Assembly (NCBI RefSeq): GCF_006345805.1
Contig: NC_043003.1
Coordinates: forward strand, 82,770,001 to 82,834,000
Source: Octopus sinensis
Taxonomy: Eukaryota
Direction: 5' to 3'
Length of the DNA stretch: 64,000 nt
The stretch's first letter is position 1; every line of letters starts with the position of its first letter. The notes beneath the pieces were generated by a model. That model was not told the origin of the DNA. It ran no database searches and saw only the letters and a list, made by a program, of their open reading frames with translations. A program made the position numbers and the translations under genes. Below are positions 25,330 to 37,252 of the stretch, piece by piece.

Positions 25330-26720
25330 AGACACATATCTTGTTAAAACACAAAAATAGTGTCTTAAAAAACGGTATGCGAATCATTTTCGTTCCTCCT
25401 CGACCAAAACCAACTGGAAAATTTTTCTGCTGTCTTTCATATCGCCATTAGGGCTTTGGTCTACTTCTTCACAGAGACTGAGAGTTGTTTTATTCAATCA
25501 TAAGCAGATTTCACCACACACCTTTGGCTCCAACATCTGGTTCCAATATCCGGCTCCAGCCTCTGGCTCTAACCTCTGGCTCCAACCTCTATTGCAGGGA
25601 ACCTTAACACGAAAGTGTGCCTCCTTCAGGCTGCTGGCAAGACTGGCATATTTTTCGGTCTTGAACACGTGTGATCCTTCTATTCTAATTTCAAACGCAT
25701 AGTGAATTCAGTCAAAATTAGTTGCTTTGGCGAACTGGAATGGAGTAGGATATCCGCTCCTACACCACTCTTCCTGATGAATTCTGGTTGTTTTTTTGAT
25801 CCTAGGAGATCTACTCTTCATCATCTGCACTACCAGGAAAACTCCATTTTCGTACCCTGTATGGCATAGCTGTTCCTAGCTATGATTTGCTGAGGAATGT
25901 TGTTGGAGATTCTGGTTTTACACTTGCCGAACTTTTCATGTGTGCGTTCTCATTAAGTACTTGACTGTGCCGCCAGGTGTATCTTCCTCTAGCTAGTGCT
26001 ACTCTGCAGGAATTTAAAACGTGTTTTATTGTCTGTATACCCCTATGTTTCCATAAGATACTACTCAAAAGCTTCTCTGCCTACTCTGGGTTTCCCAGAT
26101 TTGGTTGCTTGAATAGTTACCTAGCAAATCGTAAGGGTCTCTGAGGAAAGAATCTGGTATATTTTTCCTTCTGCTTTTTCCCCCTTGTTGCCTCACCTTG
26201 GGTGAGGACAATATGTCTCGCTTCTAGTTCTCCCCAGAGCTTTTCTAATCATTGCTTCTCAAATGTTTCTCAAGGCACCTTTCATTAATTTACTCAAATC
26301 CCTTTTATTTCTCTGGATTTTATCCATCTTTCGCTTGTGTCTGGATTTCTGAATCGGTGATTTCAATATTTACTCTTTCACTCTATAGGCGTCTCATCAG
26401 ATTGTATGAACAATATCTCTCAATGTGGCTAGCTTGTGTTGCAAAGTGCTTTTCTTTATGAGCACATTCAGTTTCTGGAGTATTTCATGTTCAATGACTT
26501 CCATTCTCCTTTCGCACTTCCAGGCGGCAAGTTAATCCTGAAGCGTCAAGTCTCAACTACCGGTATAATTTCTCTACAGCATCAACAGCACGCAGTCTTT
26601 GCTATTGTAGTTTGATTTCTGGCCTTGGTTTTCCGATGCTGCTGTTTATTCAACGAAGTCTTTGAACATCCCTTTTCGAACAGTTGATCTTTATGTCATG
26701 CACAAGTGAGAATGTCGATT
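25330..26720 (-). mobile_element. HERO-like (R2-superfamily, restriction-like endonuclease) LINE, 3' portion, decayed
   Basis: KHVLNSCRVALARGRYTWRHSQVL, ADILLHSSSPKQLILTEFT, KTEKYASL, AIEVGARG and AEKFSSWFWSRR appear in the expected order. Confidence 0.8.
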
Positions 26721-27456
26721 CTTTTTCGTAAGGATTATTTTACCAATGAATTCGTCATATTATGCCCCTTTAAATACACTCCATGTCAGTTGTAAATTTT
26801 GTCCTTATATTAATGACCTGGAGCATGTAATAGCTTTGTGATATCAATAGAAAAATTGATCGATGCCCTTACTGATTATGATGATAAGTCAGTAAATTGA
26901 CTCAATTATCAAAGATTTAACATTTCCATATAACTTGGATTGGAATACTGACAAATAAGAAGTAAACATTATTAAGCGTAAACCAATGAAGAGAGAGATA
27001 TCGATATCAGATGAAAACTGTGAATGTGTAAATCAATCATGCTTTTACACATCGAAAATCTTCCACGAACTGAATTTTAAACGTAAAATAAGCAAAATGG
27101 TTTAAATGATGAAAAGCGTCTACAAGAATGAAACAGAAACATGATCAGACATACAGAGACAGGACAGCTCCACTAAAGAAGTTTTAAAATATGTACAAAA
27201 TTTGGTTTAGTTGTATATTTTTTTTAAAACAAATACGCTACACTTAGACCCTACCCTCAACTAAACTAAGGAGAAGCAATAATAAAGAAAATTGGTCATC
27301 TTATGTGGCTAGAAGCTCCCTTTCAGCTATTTAGATGAGCTCTGATATCTTCATATGAACCTCCCAAGTGTCTTACAAAATAATAATGGCTTCAAATTTT
27401 GGCACAAGACCAGCAATGTTATAGGAGTTATCACTCGATTACATAAGATAAAGTCG

Positions 27457-27518
<62 letters not shown>

Positions 27519-28102
27519 GAAAAAAGATGAAGTCGACGTCTACAAGCTCAACATGAGCAGAACTTGGACATATATGATCACGATACCATTTCCCCGTTAG
27601 AAGTGTCAATAGTTTATTTCATATTCACATAATTCTAGACGGAGCCTGTATTGAAGAGCGACAAATGGATCGTGTGTGTAATTTAAAATGCCCAGCCATG
27701 TCATATAATGTGATAAACTTATTCTCAGCTCACGCATCTTTGGAATAGTTACCACGGATATTTCAGCCGATTGAACGATAGAATACATACCGTAGGGACC
27801 AAGAGAAATCTATTTACTACCAAATATATATAATGATGCGCATAAATGAGGAGAAAAACAAGACTCATAAATTACACCCAGCTATCCACTGAATTATACA
27901 GATTATGGCAATTATGGATATCATTTATATGAGCTGGACAACATTCCAAGCTTCATTTCACATAAATTAGGTGTACGCTGAGGAAGTTTGCAATAACGAA
28001 GTGTAGAAATGTAAACATTTTAACCGCGCAGATACAATGGTCGTTTTTCATTTTCAAATCAACAGAGTAACTACAACAGTTATATATATATATATATATA
28101 TA

Positions 28103-28255
28103 TCTCTGTTTCTTTCCTCGAGTTGCTTTATGCTGAAGAGCGTAGGTTCGAAATATAAAATATTTTCTCACCTCCCCGAGCGTTAAACTAATACACTCGT
28201 TTTTGTTTATACACCTGTCTTCGTCTTCTGTTTATTTGTAACTTTTAACTATGTA
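28103..28255 (+). repeat. Short interspersed repeat, possibly a Penelope-type terminal-repeat fragment, with a hammerhead-like core
   Basis: CTGAAGAG-CGTAGGTT-CGAAA at 28133-28153, between TA-rich tracts. Confidence 0.4.
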
Positions 28256-28290
28256 ACTATGTGTGTGTGTGCGTGCACGTGTGTGTGTGT

Positions 28291-28326
<36 letters not shown>

Positions 28327-28617
28327 CTCACTGCCTTTCAAATTAGCGTGTAATATTTGGAAGCATGATGTTTCTAACATGGATACAGATAATTGAAATA
28401 TTGCTTTGGTTCAGTATTAGAACGCTTGTCTTGTGTTCAGAAGTGACTTCTAGTCTCATGGGCCGCCTTCTACATTCATTTTACGCAAAAGAGATTTGTC
28501 CTAAAATTTACGCACAAGTACTTATAGCATTAATGCTTCGAGTTCCGCTGTCACTAAAGAATATTCTATGTTCTCGAAGTTCCTAAATGACGCCAAAAGT
28601 ATGTGCGTGTATATATA

Positions 28618-29957
28618 TTGGCAACTAAGTTCCCGCCGTTTTTTAAAATTTAGTTTTTAAAGGTTTAATTAAAAATAGCAACTAATTAATCAACAATGTA
28701 TTCACCTTTGTTGTTTATAACATCTTCCCAACGTTTAACGAGATTTTCAATACCTCGTTGGTAGAAATCACCCAATTTCGACTCGAAGAATTTATCCAAC
28801 CAAGCTCTCAATTCTGCATTTGTATTGAACGATTCTCCGCGCATTGCATTTGAAAGAGATAGAAAGAGGTGGAAATCCATTGGTTCCAAATCAGGAGAGT
28901 ACAGCGGGTGTGGCAGCACTTCCCAGCCATACGTTTGAATGACTTCCTTGGTCATATTGGCGATATGAGGGCGGGCGTTGTCGTGCAGCAGAACTCCATG
29001 CTGCCGATTAAGTCTTTTCTCTGGAATAGTCGTGTTGAGAACAGAGAATAGTCGTGTTGAGAACATGTCTTGAATATAGAGTTCCGCGTTGACCGGGTGG
29101 TTCCGTTCAAGCAATTCGTAATGTATAATCCCTTCCCAGTCCCACCATACGCACAACATCGTTTAACGTAGATGAAAATCTTGTTTCACGCGCGGTGTCG
29201 CTTGTTTACCGGGATTAAGCCATTCCTTACGCTGCTTCATATTGATGTACTGGGACCACTTTTCGTCGCCAGTAATGATTCGGTAAAGAAATCGTTGTTT
29301 GTGTGCATGAGTTGTGCGGAAACGAGCAAGCAAACCGGTGGAGATTGTAACTTGTTGATTTTTGTTGTTGTCATTTAAAGGATGTGGAACCCATGCTCCA
29401 TACTTCTTGAACTTTTCCATTGAGTGATGATGCTTCTCTATAGCAGTGTGAGAGCATTCCATTTCCCCTGCCAGTTCTCTATAGCAGTGTGAGAGCATTC
29501 CATTTCCCCTGCCAGTTCACTTTTTCGTGCAAAAGTTTGTTTAATCGCTCATCGTCGAACTCAACAGGACGGCCAGAACGAGGTACGTCTTTGAGGTCCA
29601 AAATTTCCATTTTTGAACTTGGCAAACTAATCACGAGTGGTTCTTTCAGCTATAGCATCCTCTCCATATACAGCACAAATGTCTCGAACAGCTTTTGCGG
29701 CCTTACAACCTTGATTCAAAGCAAAAAGGAGTATGTGTCGAAAATGCTCGTTTTTTTTATTTTAACTTGACATTCCATTTTAATGATCTGAAAATACACA
29801 AAAATTAACTAAATTTAACTAGAAAAAAAAAAACAAAGTACATTCCAAAATGACTCAAAAATAGAATTCTCAAAAAAAAAATAATAGATTCCAAAATTTA
29901 AAAACGCAGTATATTCCAAAATTTAAAGAAACGGCGAGAAACTAGTTGCCAACACAA
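28618..29957 (-). mobile_element. Mariner transposon, second copy of the 13721-14988 family in opposite orientation
   Basis: TIRs at 28618-28640 (outer 5 bp lost) and 29930-29957, flanked by TA. ORF pieces contain ITGDEKW, WWDWEGIIHYELL, HDNARPH and YSPDLEPMDFHLF. Two internal tandem duplications. Confidence 0.95.
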
Positions 29958-30639
29958 TATGTGCGTGTGTACGTGCATGTGTGTGTAAATTCGTACATGT
30001 ATATATCGCTGCACATTATATGGCCGCATATGGTTCTTTATCAGTATGTGTATGTTCAAGTAATTCCTGGCCAGCTTCTCATATCATTCATATATTCTCA
30101 GCTTTCTGAGTTTTATCCTGAGCTTGGTTGGATCGCTTGCAATAAAACTTTGATAGTTTTAGGTTGCAATAAACACTCTTAAACCAAAATTAACTTAGCA
30201 ATATTATGTATTAATATGGAAGAAAATTAATTTCACTCATATATTGAGTTATGGTGTTATTGTAGCATTGCATTTAAACATCAGATTTTCAGTCAATACA
30301 TCAACTATAATTATCACTGGAAATTTAAATGAGCGGCCACGTACATGTCAGTTTAAACTTATATCTGAGCGTATGAATATAACCTGGAAGATTCATTCAT
30401 ACGTGTATATGTAGATTTATTTGTCTACATGTGATTGAATATGAGAATGTGTATAAACATGTAAGTTAAATTTCGCTGTTTGCATATATATATGTGTATA
30501 CGCGTGTTAGTTAGGGAGAGACTGTGTGTGCGCTTATTTGTACCTGTGTATGAATATATATGTGCAAGTGTGCGTGTATGATTAAGTTATACATGTATAT
30601 ACGCATGTTTAATAAATGTGACTGTGTGTATGTATGTAT

Positions 30640-31145
30640 ATGTAAATATATATATGTGTATGTATGTATATATATATATATATAATATATATATATATAT
30701 ATAGATCACTCTCTCAAACTCTCTCTCTCTCTATAACTATATTGATATATATATATATAATCATAATCAGTGTATGTATGCACCTTCATGGGTTAATACT
30801 TGTGCATATTATATATTTACGTCAGTTGTTCGTATATAAGAAAGACAGTTGTAAAAAGTAATAAAACTACTTGAGACAAACAAAATCACAGAATCACTGC
30901 TGGTAAAGACCTTTAAGCAATAACAAAATAAAGAGAAAACACTTCCATATTAAATGCTGTATTATTTTATCAAGTGAGATAGACATAGCAGGAAAAACAA
31001 AAAAAAACAAAACGAATATGTTTAATAGGCTTGAAAAGGAAATCACTAAATGGAACTAATAGAACAAGAAATATTTTATAAAAGTATAAATAGTAATACT
31101 CCTCTGTAACACAAAGACGTATAAATCCAGATACAAACGTATATA

Positions 31146-31205
<60 letters not shown>

Positions 31206-32014
31206 ATATATATATACACATATATATATATTATATATATATAAACATATATATATACACATATATATATATATATGAATATGAATATATGCGTATGTGA
31301 ACATTTATATATATATAATATATATATATATCACATACAAACATAGTTAAAGACACATATATATATATATATATTTATATATAAATACATATGATGATAT
31401 ATACCTGTATACACATATGAACATACATGTATAAATATACGAACGTATTTATGAGTATGTATATGTCTGTGTGTGTGTCTATGTATAGTTCTAAGTACAT
31501 ATATATATATATGTATATGAGAATATTTTTGTATGTACGTATGTGTGTGTGTGTGTGTGTGTGTTTGTAGGTTGTTAGGTAGGTAGGTATTGCTCCGTTG
31601 TCATGAACATCAGTGAATTGTTTTGTTTTGTTTGTATATACATTTCACATAAAGTCAACTAAAATTTAACCGTGAAGAATTGCAATGCATAAAAACGAAA
31701 TTAAACATCTATTAAATTACCTTACAGAAAATTGTGGATGAAAGCTAATATAACAAAAACAGATGACGAAAATAACGCTTAACGACGAACAAAAGAATAT
31801 ACACACATACATGCACGTACACACACACATACACACACTCACACACACACACACACATCACACAAGTGCACAGGTGAACGCACAATCGTGTATAGAAACA
31901 AAGGAGACGACACACATTTGTACACACAACTTTGTGTTTTTATATTACATATATATTCATGTGTGTATGTGCTTGTGTGTCTATGTGTACATATGTTATA
32001 TATATATGTATATG

Positions 32015-32089
<75 letters not shown>

Positions 32090-32116
32090 ATATATATATA
32101 TATATTATATATATAT
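30640..32116. repeat. Cluster of (TA)n/(TG)n/(CA)n low-complexity tracts
   Basis: Read directly. The many I/Y/H/T/V/C-rich ORFs here are artefacts. Confidence 0.85.
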
Positions 32117-32476
32117 ACTCTATACTCTTTTACTCTTTTACTTGTTTCAGTCATTTGACTGCGGCCATGCTGGAGCACCGCCTTTAGTCGAGCACATCGA
32201 CCCCAGAGCTTATTCTTTGTAAGCCTAGTACTTATTCTATCGGTCTCTTTTGCCGAACCGCTAAGTTGCGGGGGTGTAAACACACCGGCATCGGTTATCA
32301 TGCGATGTTGGGGGGACACACACAGACACAAACACACACACACACACATACATATATAGATATATATATATATACATATATACGACAGGTTTCTTTCAGT
32401 TTCCGTCTACCAAATCCATTCACAAGGCTTTGGTCGGCCCGAGGCTATAGTAGAAGGCACTTGCCCAATGTGTTAC
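32117..32476 (-). mobile_element. SINE family A body and tail lacking its tRNA head (replaced by 5S rRNA)
   Basis: Collinear with 10667-11029 from GTAACACATTGGGCAAG (normally GTGGCACCTTGGGCAAG) to the (GAGTAAAA)n tail. Confidence 0.9.
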
Positions 32477-32594
32477 GCTTACTGCAGCTAGGTTTCCCAA
32501 GCGGTCACCCATCTAAGTACTGACAAGGCTCGACGTTGCTTAACTTCGGTGATCAGACGAGAACAGGTGCTTTCAACGTGATATGGCCATAACC
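32477..32594 (-). rRNA. 5S rRNA: Full-length 5S rRNA-derived copy (118 nt), probably a pseudogene or SINE head
   Basis: GGTTATGGCCATATCACGTTGAAAGCACCTGTTCTCGTCTGATCACCGAAGTTAAGCAACGTCGAGCC...AGTACTTAGATGGGTGACCGCTTGGGAA...GTAAGC. Box A- and box C-like elements are recognisable; there is no T-run terminator. Confidence 0.93.
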
Positions 32595-32686
32595 ACGTAC
32601 ACACACATGTGTATGCACATATATATATATGTATATATGTGTATACATATATATATATAATATATATATATGTACACACACATATA

Positions 32687-32724
<38 letters not shown>

Positions 32725-32748
32725 GTGTGTATATATATCTTCATATGG

Positions 32749-32797
<49 letters not shown>

Positions 32798-32801
<4 letters not shown>

Positions 32802-33180
32802 GCACTCCGTCGGTTACGACGACGAGGGTTCCGGTTGATCCGATCAACGGAACAGCCGGCTCGTGAAATTAACGTGTAAGTGGCTGAGCACTCCACAGAC
32901 ACGTGTACCCTTAACGTAATTCTCGGAGATATTCAGCGTGACACAGATAGTGACAAGGCCGGCCCTTTGAAATACAGGTACAACAGAAACAGGAAGTAAG
33001 AGTGAGAGAAAGTTGTGGTGAAAGAGTACAGCAGGGATCACCACCATCCACTGCCGGAGCCTCGTGGAGCTTTAGGTGTTTTCGCTCGATAAACACTCAC
33101 AACGCCCGGTCTGGAAATCGAAACCGCGATCCTACGACCACGAGTCCGCTGCCCTAACCACTGGGCCATTGCGCCTCCAC
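32798..33180 (-). mobile_element. tRNA-derived SINE, family C, full length
   Basis: Head GGCGCAATGGCCCAGTGGTTAGGGCAGCGGACTC...GGTTTCGATTTCC (A/B boxes); GC-rich structured tail; flanked by (TA)n. Confidence 0.88.
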
Positions 33181-33478
33181 TATATATATATATAAATATA
33201 TAGAAGGACATTTTTTGATTCGAATGTTATGTGAACATTTGGACACTTCCTTCGAGATGGAGATAATTCTAATAAAATTTAAAATATATGTTGGATGGAA
33301 TTTGTTAAACATATACCTGTCTATATATGACCTTGGCTACTCAGTGTTATTTCCTTTACGTCATTTTTGTGCAATATAAAAATAACATAGGCTGATAAAT
33401 GTGTGCTCTTCTCTTTTTATATGTCCTTGATTTTGGTGACTCCGACTGTACGATCAAGGTCTTTAGTGTTGCTAACAG

Positions 33479-33557
33479 AATTACGCTAGGCGATCTTGGA
33501 AATAATGTAGTGGCAGATCAAGAAGAAGCATTAAAGGAGACATTGATTTTGATACAG
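33479..33557 (+). CDS. Candidate 79-nt internal exon (ITLGDLGNNVVADQEEALKETLILIQ), unknown gene
   Basis: CTAACAG acceptor, CAG|GTAACC donor, open protein-like frame in unique sequence. Confidence 0.3.
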
Positions 33558-34385
33558 GTAACCTAGTTCTTCACGGTACAAGGAAGTGCTGAGTACAACT
33601 GATCTATACACTTTGTGTACAACGCTTATGCTAGAAGTAGATCCGCTATGGTATTACCACTAAGATATGTTCTCAAGAAAATTTAGCAAATACCAGAACG
33701 TAAGCGAGCAAGAAAAATGAAAAATATCCTTATTTTTGTTACTATGAGTAGGGATGTATCAATGTACGTATGTGAAGCAAAGTCTTGCATCGAAATTCAG
33801 CTTTTATGAGTATTTATTTATACGTTTAAATATATTGGGTCTGGGTACATAAATGTAAATATGCATACATAATTATAATTACTGAGGTAAATTTTAGAAC
33901 CAACGTGATATATGTGTTAATTTGTGCGTTTTGATATATGACTTCGCATAGACATAAATCATTTAAGAATTGCGTGTGAAGACACATAGATATATTTTCA
34001 CATTTAGAACTAATTTAATTAGCACCTATATATTGGGAGAGGCTTGATATATTAAGTAATATGCGCATGTCTACTTTTAGAAATGAGTGTACTGAGATGA
34101 AGGGATACATATTTATATATAAAACAAATGTCATTTTAGTGCTGGAACCTTAAGTTTTCATTTAAAGAAGTGTGCTTTGAAATATAAAGCTCTTCTGTAT
34201 TGCCGTCTATCGAGTGACATGACATGAACTGTATTCGAACTTTCAAAATCATAAATGTTTTCGTATAATTATGTATTAATTAGTAATATGATATAGGCTT
34301 CAAGCCAATAATGGTTAATTAACACTGACTTCATTAATTATTTTTAGAATAAATGTAAATGGATAGGTATGTCTGTATCTTTCGA

Positions 34386-34417
<32 letters not shown>

Positions 34418-34769
34418 CTACATATATATATTATATACTATGTTATGTAGATAGATTTAGCTTCAAATTAATATATCAAAATGCGTTTCTTTCTAAATAT
34501 GAACAAATAATAGTTTTAATAATTTCTGCTGTCTTAATAAATAGTAAAACAAACAACAAATATTAATTTCCTAATGAAAAATTTTCTCCTATCTCGGTTT
34601 TAATAAAGTACAATCATATAAATAAAACGATAGTTAAGTACTGATAATTAAATATTAGGATTGTTTGTTTAGATCGTTCGTTATTGCTCAAATATTTTAA
34701 TTGTCAGTTGTATCATGTGACGTGCCTGATTGTGTTTTTGTTGTTTTTATTCACCATTGAATATCAGTA

Positions 34770-35300
34770 TATCAGGTTAAAAAGAACGTACACCCACATT
34801 CCAAAATGAAAAAGAAATGAACGCCTCTTTGGTCTTAATTGATATATTCAATCAAGATAACATTTCGCTTCATTATTGATAAAATAATCCCATCTTTTTA
34901 GCTAATTGATCTTCAGGCGTAAAACTTTTCAGGTTTCAGAGCCGATCAAAGATAATTTTTAACCTCTTCATAATCAACAAACTGGTTTCCCTGTAAATGA
35001 TGGTGTTATCATTTTAAAGAGATGATAGTCGGATATAGCAATGACAGGAACGTAATGAAAATGAGGCAAAACTTCTATAAACTTGTCCTGAATGGTTTAC
35101 TCAATGTGGCGTTGCATTATCGTTCCAAAGTCACATGTCTTCACGACTGATCAATGATCAGCACTTTTTCTGCAAATTGTTTTCAATGCTTTCAACATAC
35201 GACAGTACATTTTTGCATCGTTCATATCCCACATCCTTCATAGCCTATGAAACACAGTATGTAATATTTTTCAGCTATAGTGCCACCTGGTGAATAGATA
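34770..35300 (-). mobile_element. Old degraded mariner transposase fragment (different family)
   Basis: Minus-strand remnants NDNATPH and IAISDYHLF correspond to mariner HDNARPH and DIAPSDYHLF. Confidence 0.55.
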
Positions 35301-35467
35301 CCCTTGTTTCATTCGTTGCGAAACATTGTCAGTTTCGTTAGGTATAATAAAAAAGAAAGCACTTTTCCACAATATACTTAGCATGACCGGACACAAAACG
35401 TTTTATTTCCAAAGACAAAGTTACTATAATATTACTGTTTTCATTACTGAAAAACCTCTATGTGAAG

Positions 35468-35680
35468 TGGGGTGACTCAATGTTTACGGTGCTGGATTCA
35501 TTATCGTAAGATTGTGGTTTCGATTCCTGGAACAGGCTACACGATGTGTAGCAAAACACTTCATTCTACATTGCTCCAGTTCACTCAGCTGGCAAAAATG
35601 AATAATCCTGTGACGAAAGGGCATCTCGTTCGGCTGGGATATTCATTTGACATGGAAACCTGGAAACCAGCCCTTATGCG
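35468..35680 (+). mobile_element. Degraded tRNA-derived CORE-type SINE (family D)
   Basis: GTGGTTTCGATTCCTGG B-box region followed by GCAAAACACTTCATTCTACATTGCTCCAGTTCACTCAGCTGG. Confidence 0.6.
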
Positions 35681-36251
35681 TCAGCATGACTTGAGAAAGC
35701 AAATTTACTTTTGCCTTTACATACAGCATGTGGTGTCTGATATGTTCCTAACCTAAACTCAATTTAAAAGTGTAAAAATCAATATGAATTTGTGGACTAT
35801 GGCATAAAGTAATCTGCAAAATGAGAAAAAAATAATATTACTAGATAAATATCAAAGCTTATTTTACCGTAAGTGTTGGAAATGTACCACGATATGAAAA
35901 ATGCAACAGAACTTTCTTTCCAACCTAACGTAACGTCCCTTTATAAATAGATATTGTGTAACGATTACAAATAGATGCTGCAGATATTTCCGAAAAAAAT
36001 ACATCTTTGTATACCATAATTTTTCTTTTTCCATAAGCTGATCTCATGAATATCGTATAATATTATGTAATATAAAATAGGAACTTTGAAATAACTTGAG
36101 CAATTTTTAAATGTGCCTTGCTAATATAGAATCCATATTCATATAAAACTATATACTCTGTGTTTTAAAAATATATTAAGACTCTTCTTCTGCGTACTGC
36201 TCTTAAGTATATCGTTAGGATTTTCTGATATATGTATATGCGTAAGGACAT

Positions 36252-36461
36252 ATTAGCAGAGATATCCGGCGTTGCTCTGTATTAAACGAGCATAGCTGTT
36301 TTATTGTTTTACTTGTTTCGGTCGTGTGGTTGCGGCCATGCTGGAGCACCGTCTTTAGTCCAAGAAATATACCACAGTTTATATTCCTTGTAAGTCTAGT
36401 ACTTATTCGATATACATATATATATGTGTGTGTGTGTTTATATATACATATATATACATAT

Positions 36462-36505
<44 letters not shown>

Positions 36506-36538
36506 ATATATACATATACATAATATATATATATAATA

Positions 36539-36569
<31 letters not shown>

Positions 36570-36908
36570 CATACATACATAATATATATACATACATAAT
36601 ATATATATATACGTAATATAATATATATACTAATATACTAGCAGAAGTACCCGGCGTTGCCAGGGTTAAAAAACCTTGAAATTTTAAAACGCCGTCTAGA
36701 TTACGCGGGTCTCAGCATCTAGTAGTTGAGATACTATCTTTCTATGTAACTCTGCAATTCATGCCAACAGAGAACATAGTTGTTAACTGAAATGTGAAAC
36801 GAATGTTTTCTACTCATTTATCAATAGGAAGTAAATACACGTTTGTCTAACTTCTTTCATAGTCAAAAAACAGGTAAGGATTATAAACAATGAAAAGCCA
36901 TGCATAGT

Positions 36909-36943
<35 letters not shown>

Positions 36944-37252
36944 TACACAAAGAAGCAGACAGCGAGTATATCACGTTATTGTTTCACTTTTATAAACAGA
37001 CTAGCTTAAGGTGACCCGCTCTACACGCGGGTAAGAATGTGGTTGTTACTTTCTGTTGCTTCCTTTCTGACAGTATACAACTACTCTATCGCTCTACCAT
37101 CGCTCATGTCTCTTTGAGACATTTAGAAATTCAATATTTCTAATTATGGTGACCAGTGAATAGATTTCACTTTAAATATATATATTTGCGAAGGTTTGGC
37201 AGGTATCTCAACTAGCAGGACTTACCACCCTGGACTGATGTATATATATATA
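36252..37252 (-). mobile_element. Stacked Helitron 3' termini (hairpin plus CTRR) and intervening sequence
   Basis: Same-orientation motifs near 36252, 36636, 37000 and (weakly) 37211, each an ACCCG...CGGGT-type hairpin just upstream of CTAG or CTAA on the minus strand. Confidence 0.6.

Noticed and set aside
33105-33180. tRNA gene (also tRNA-like heads at about 11010-11069, 39960-40025 and 61929-61995)
   Set aside because: The A/B boxes run straight into SINE bodies and the cloverleaf is imperfect, so these are SINE heads rather than tRNA genes.
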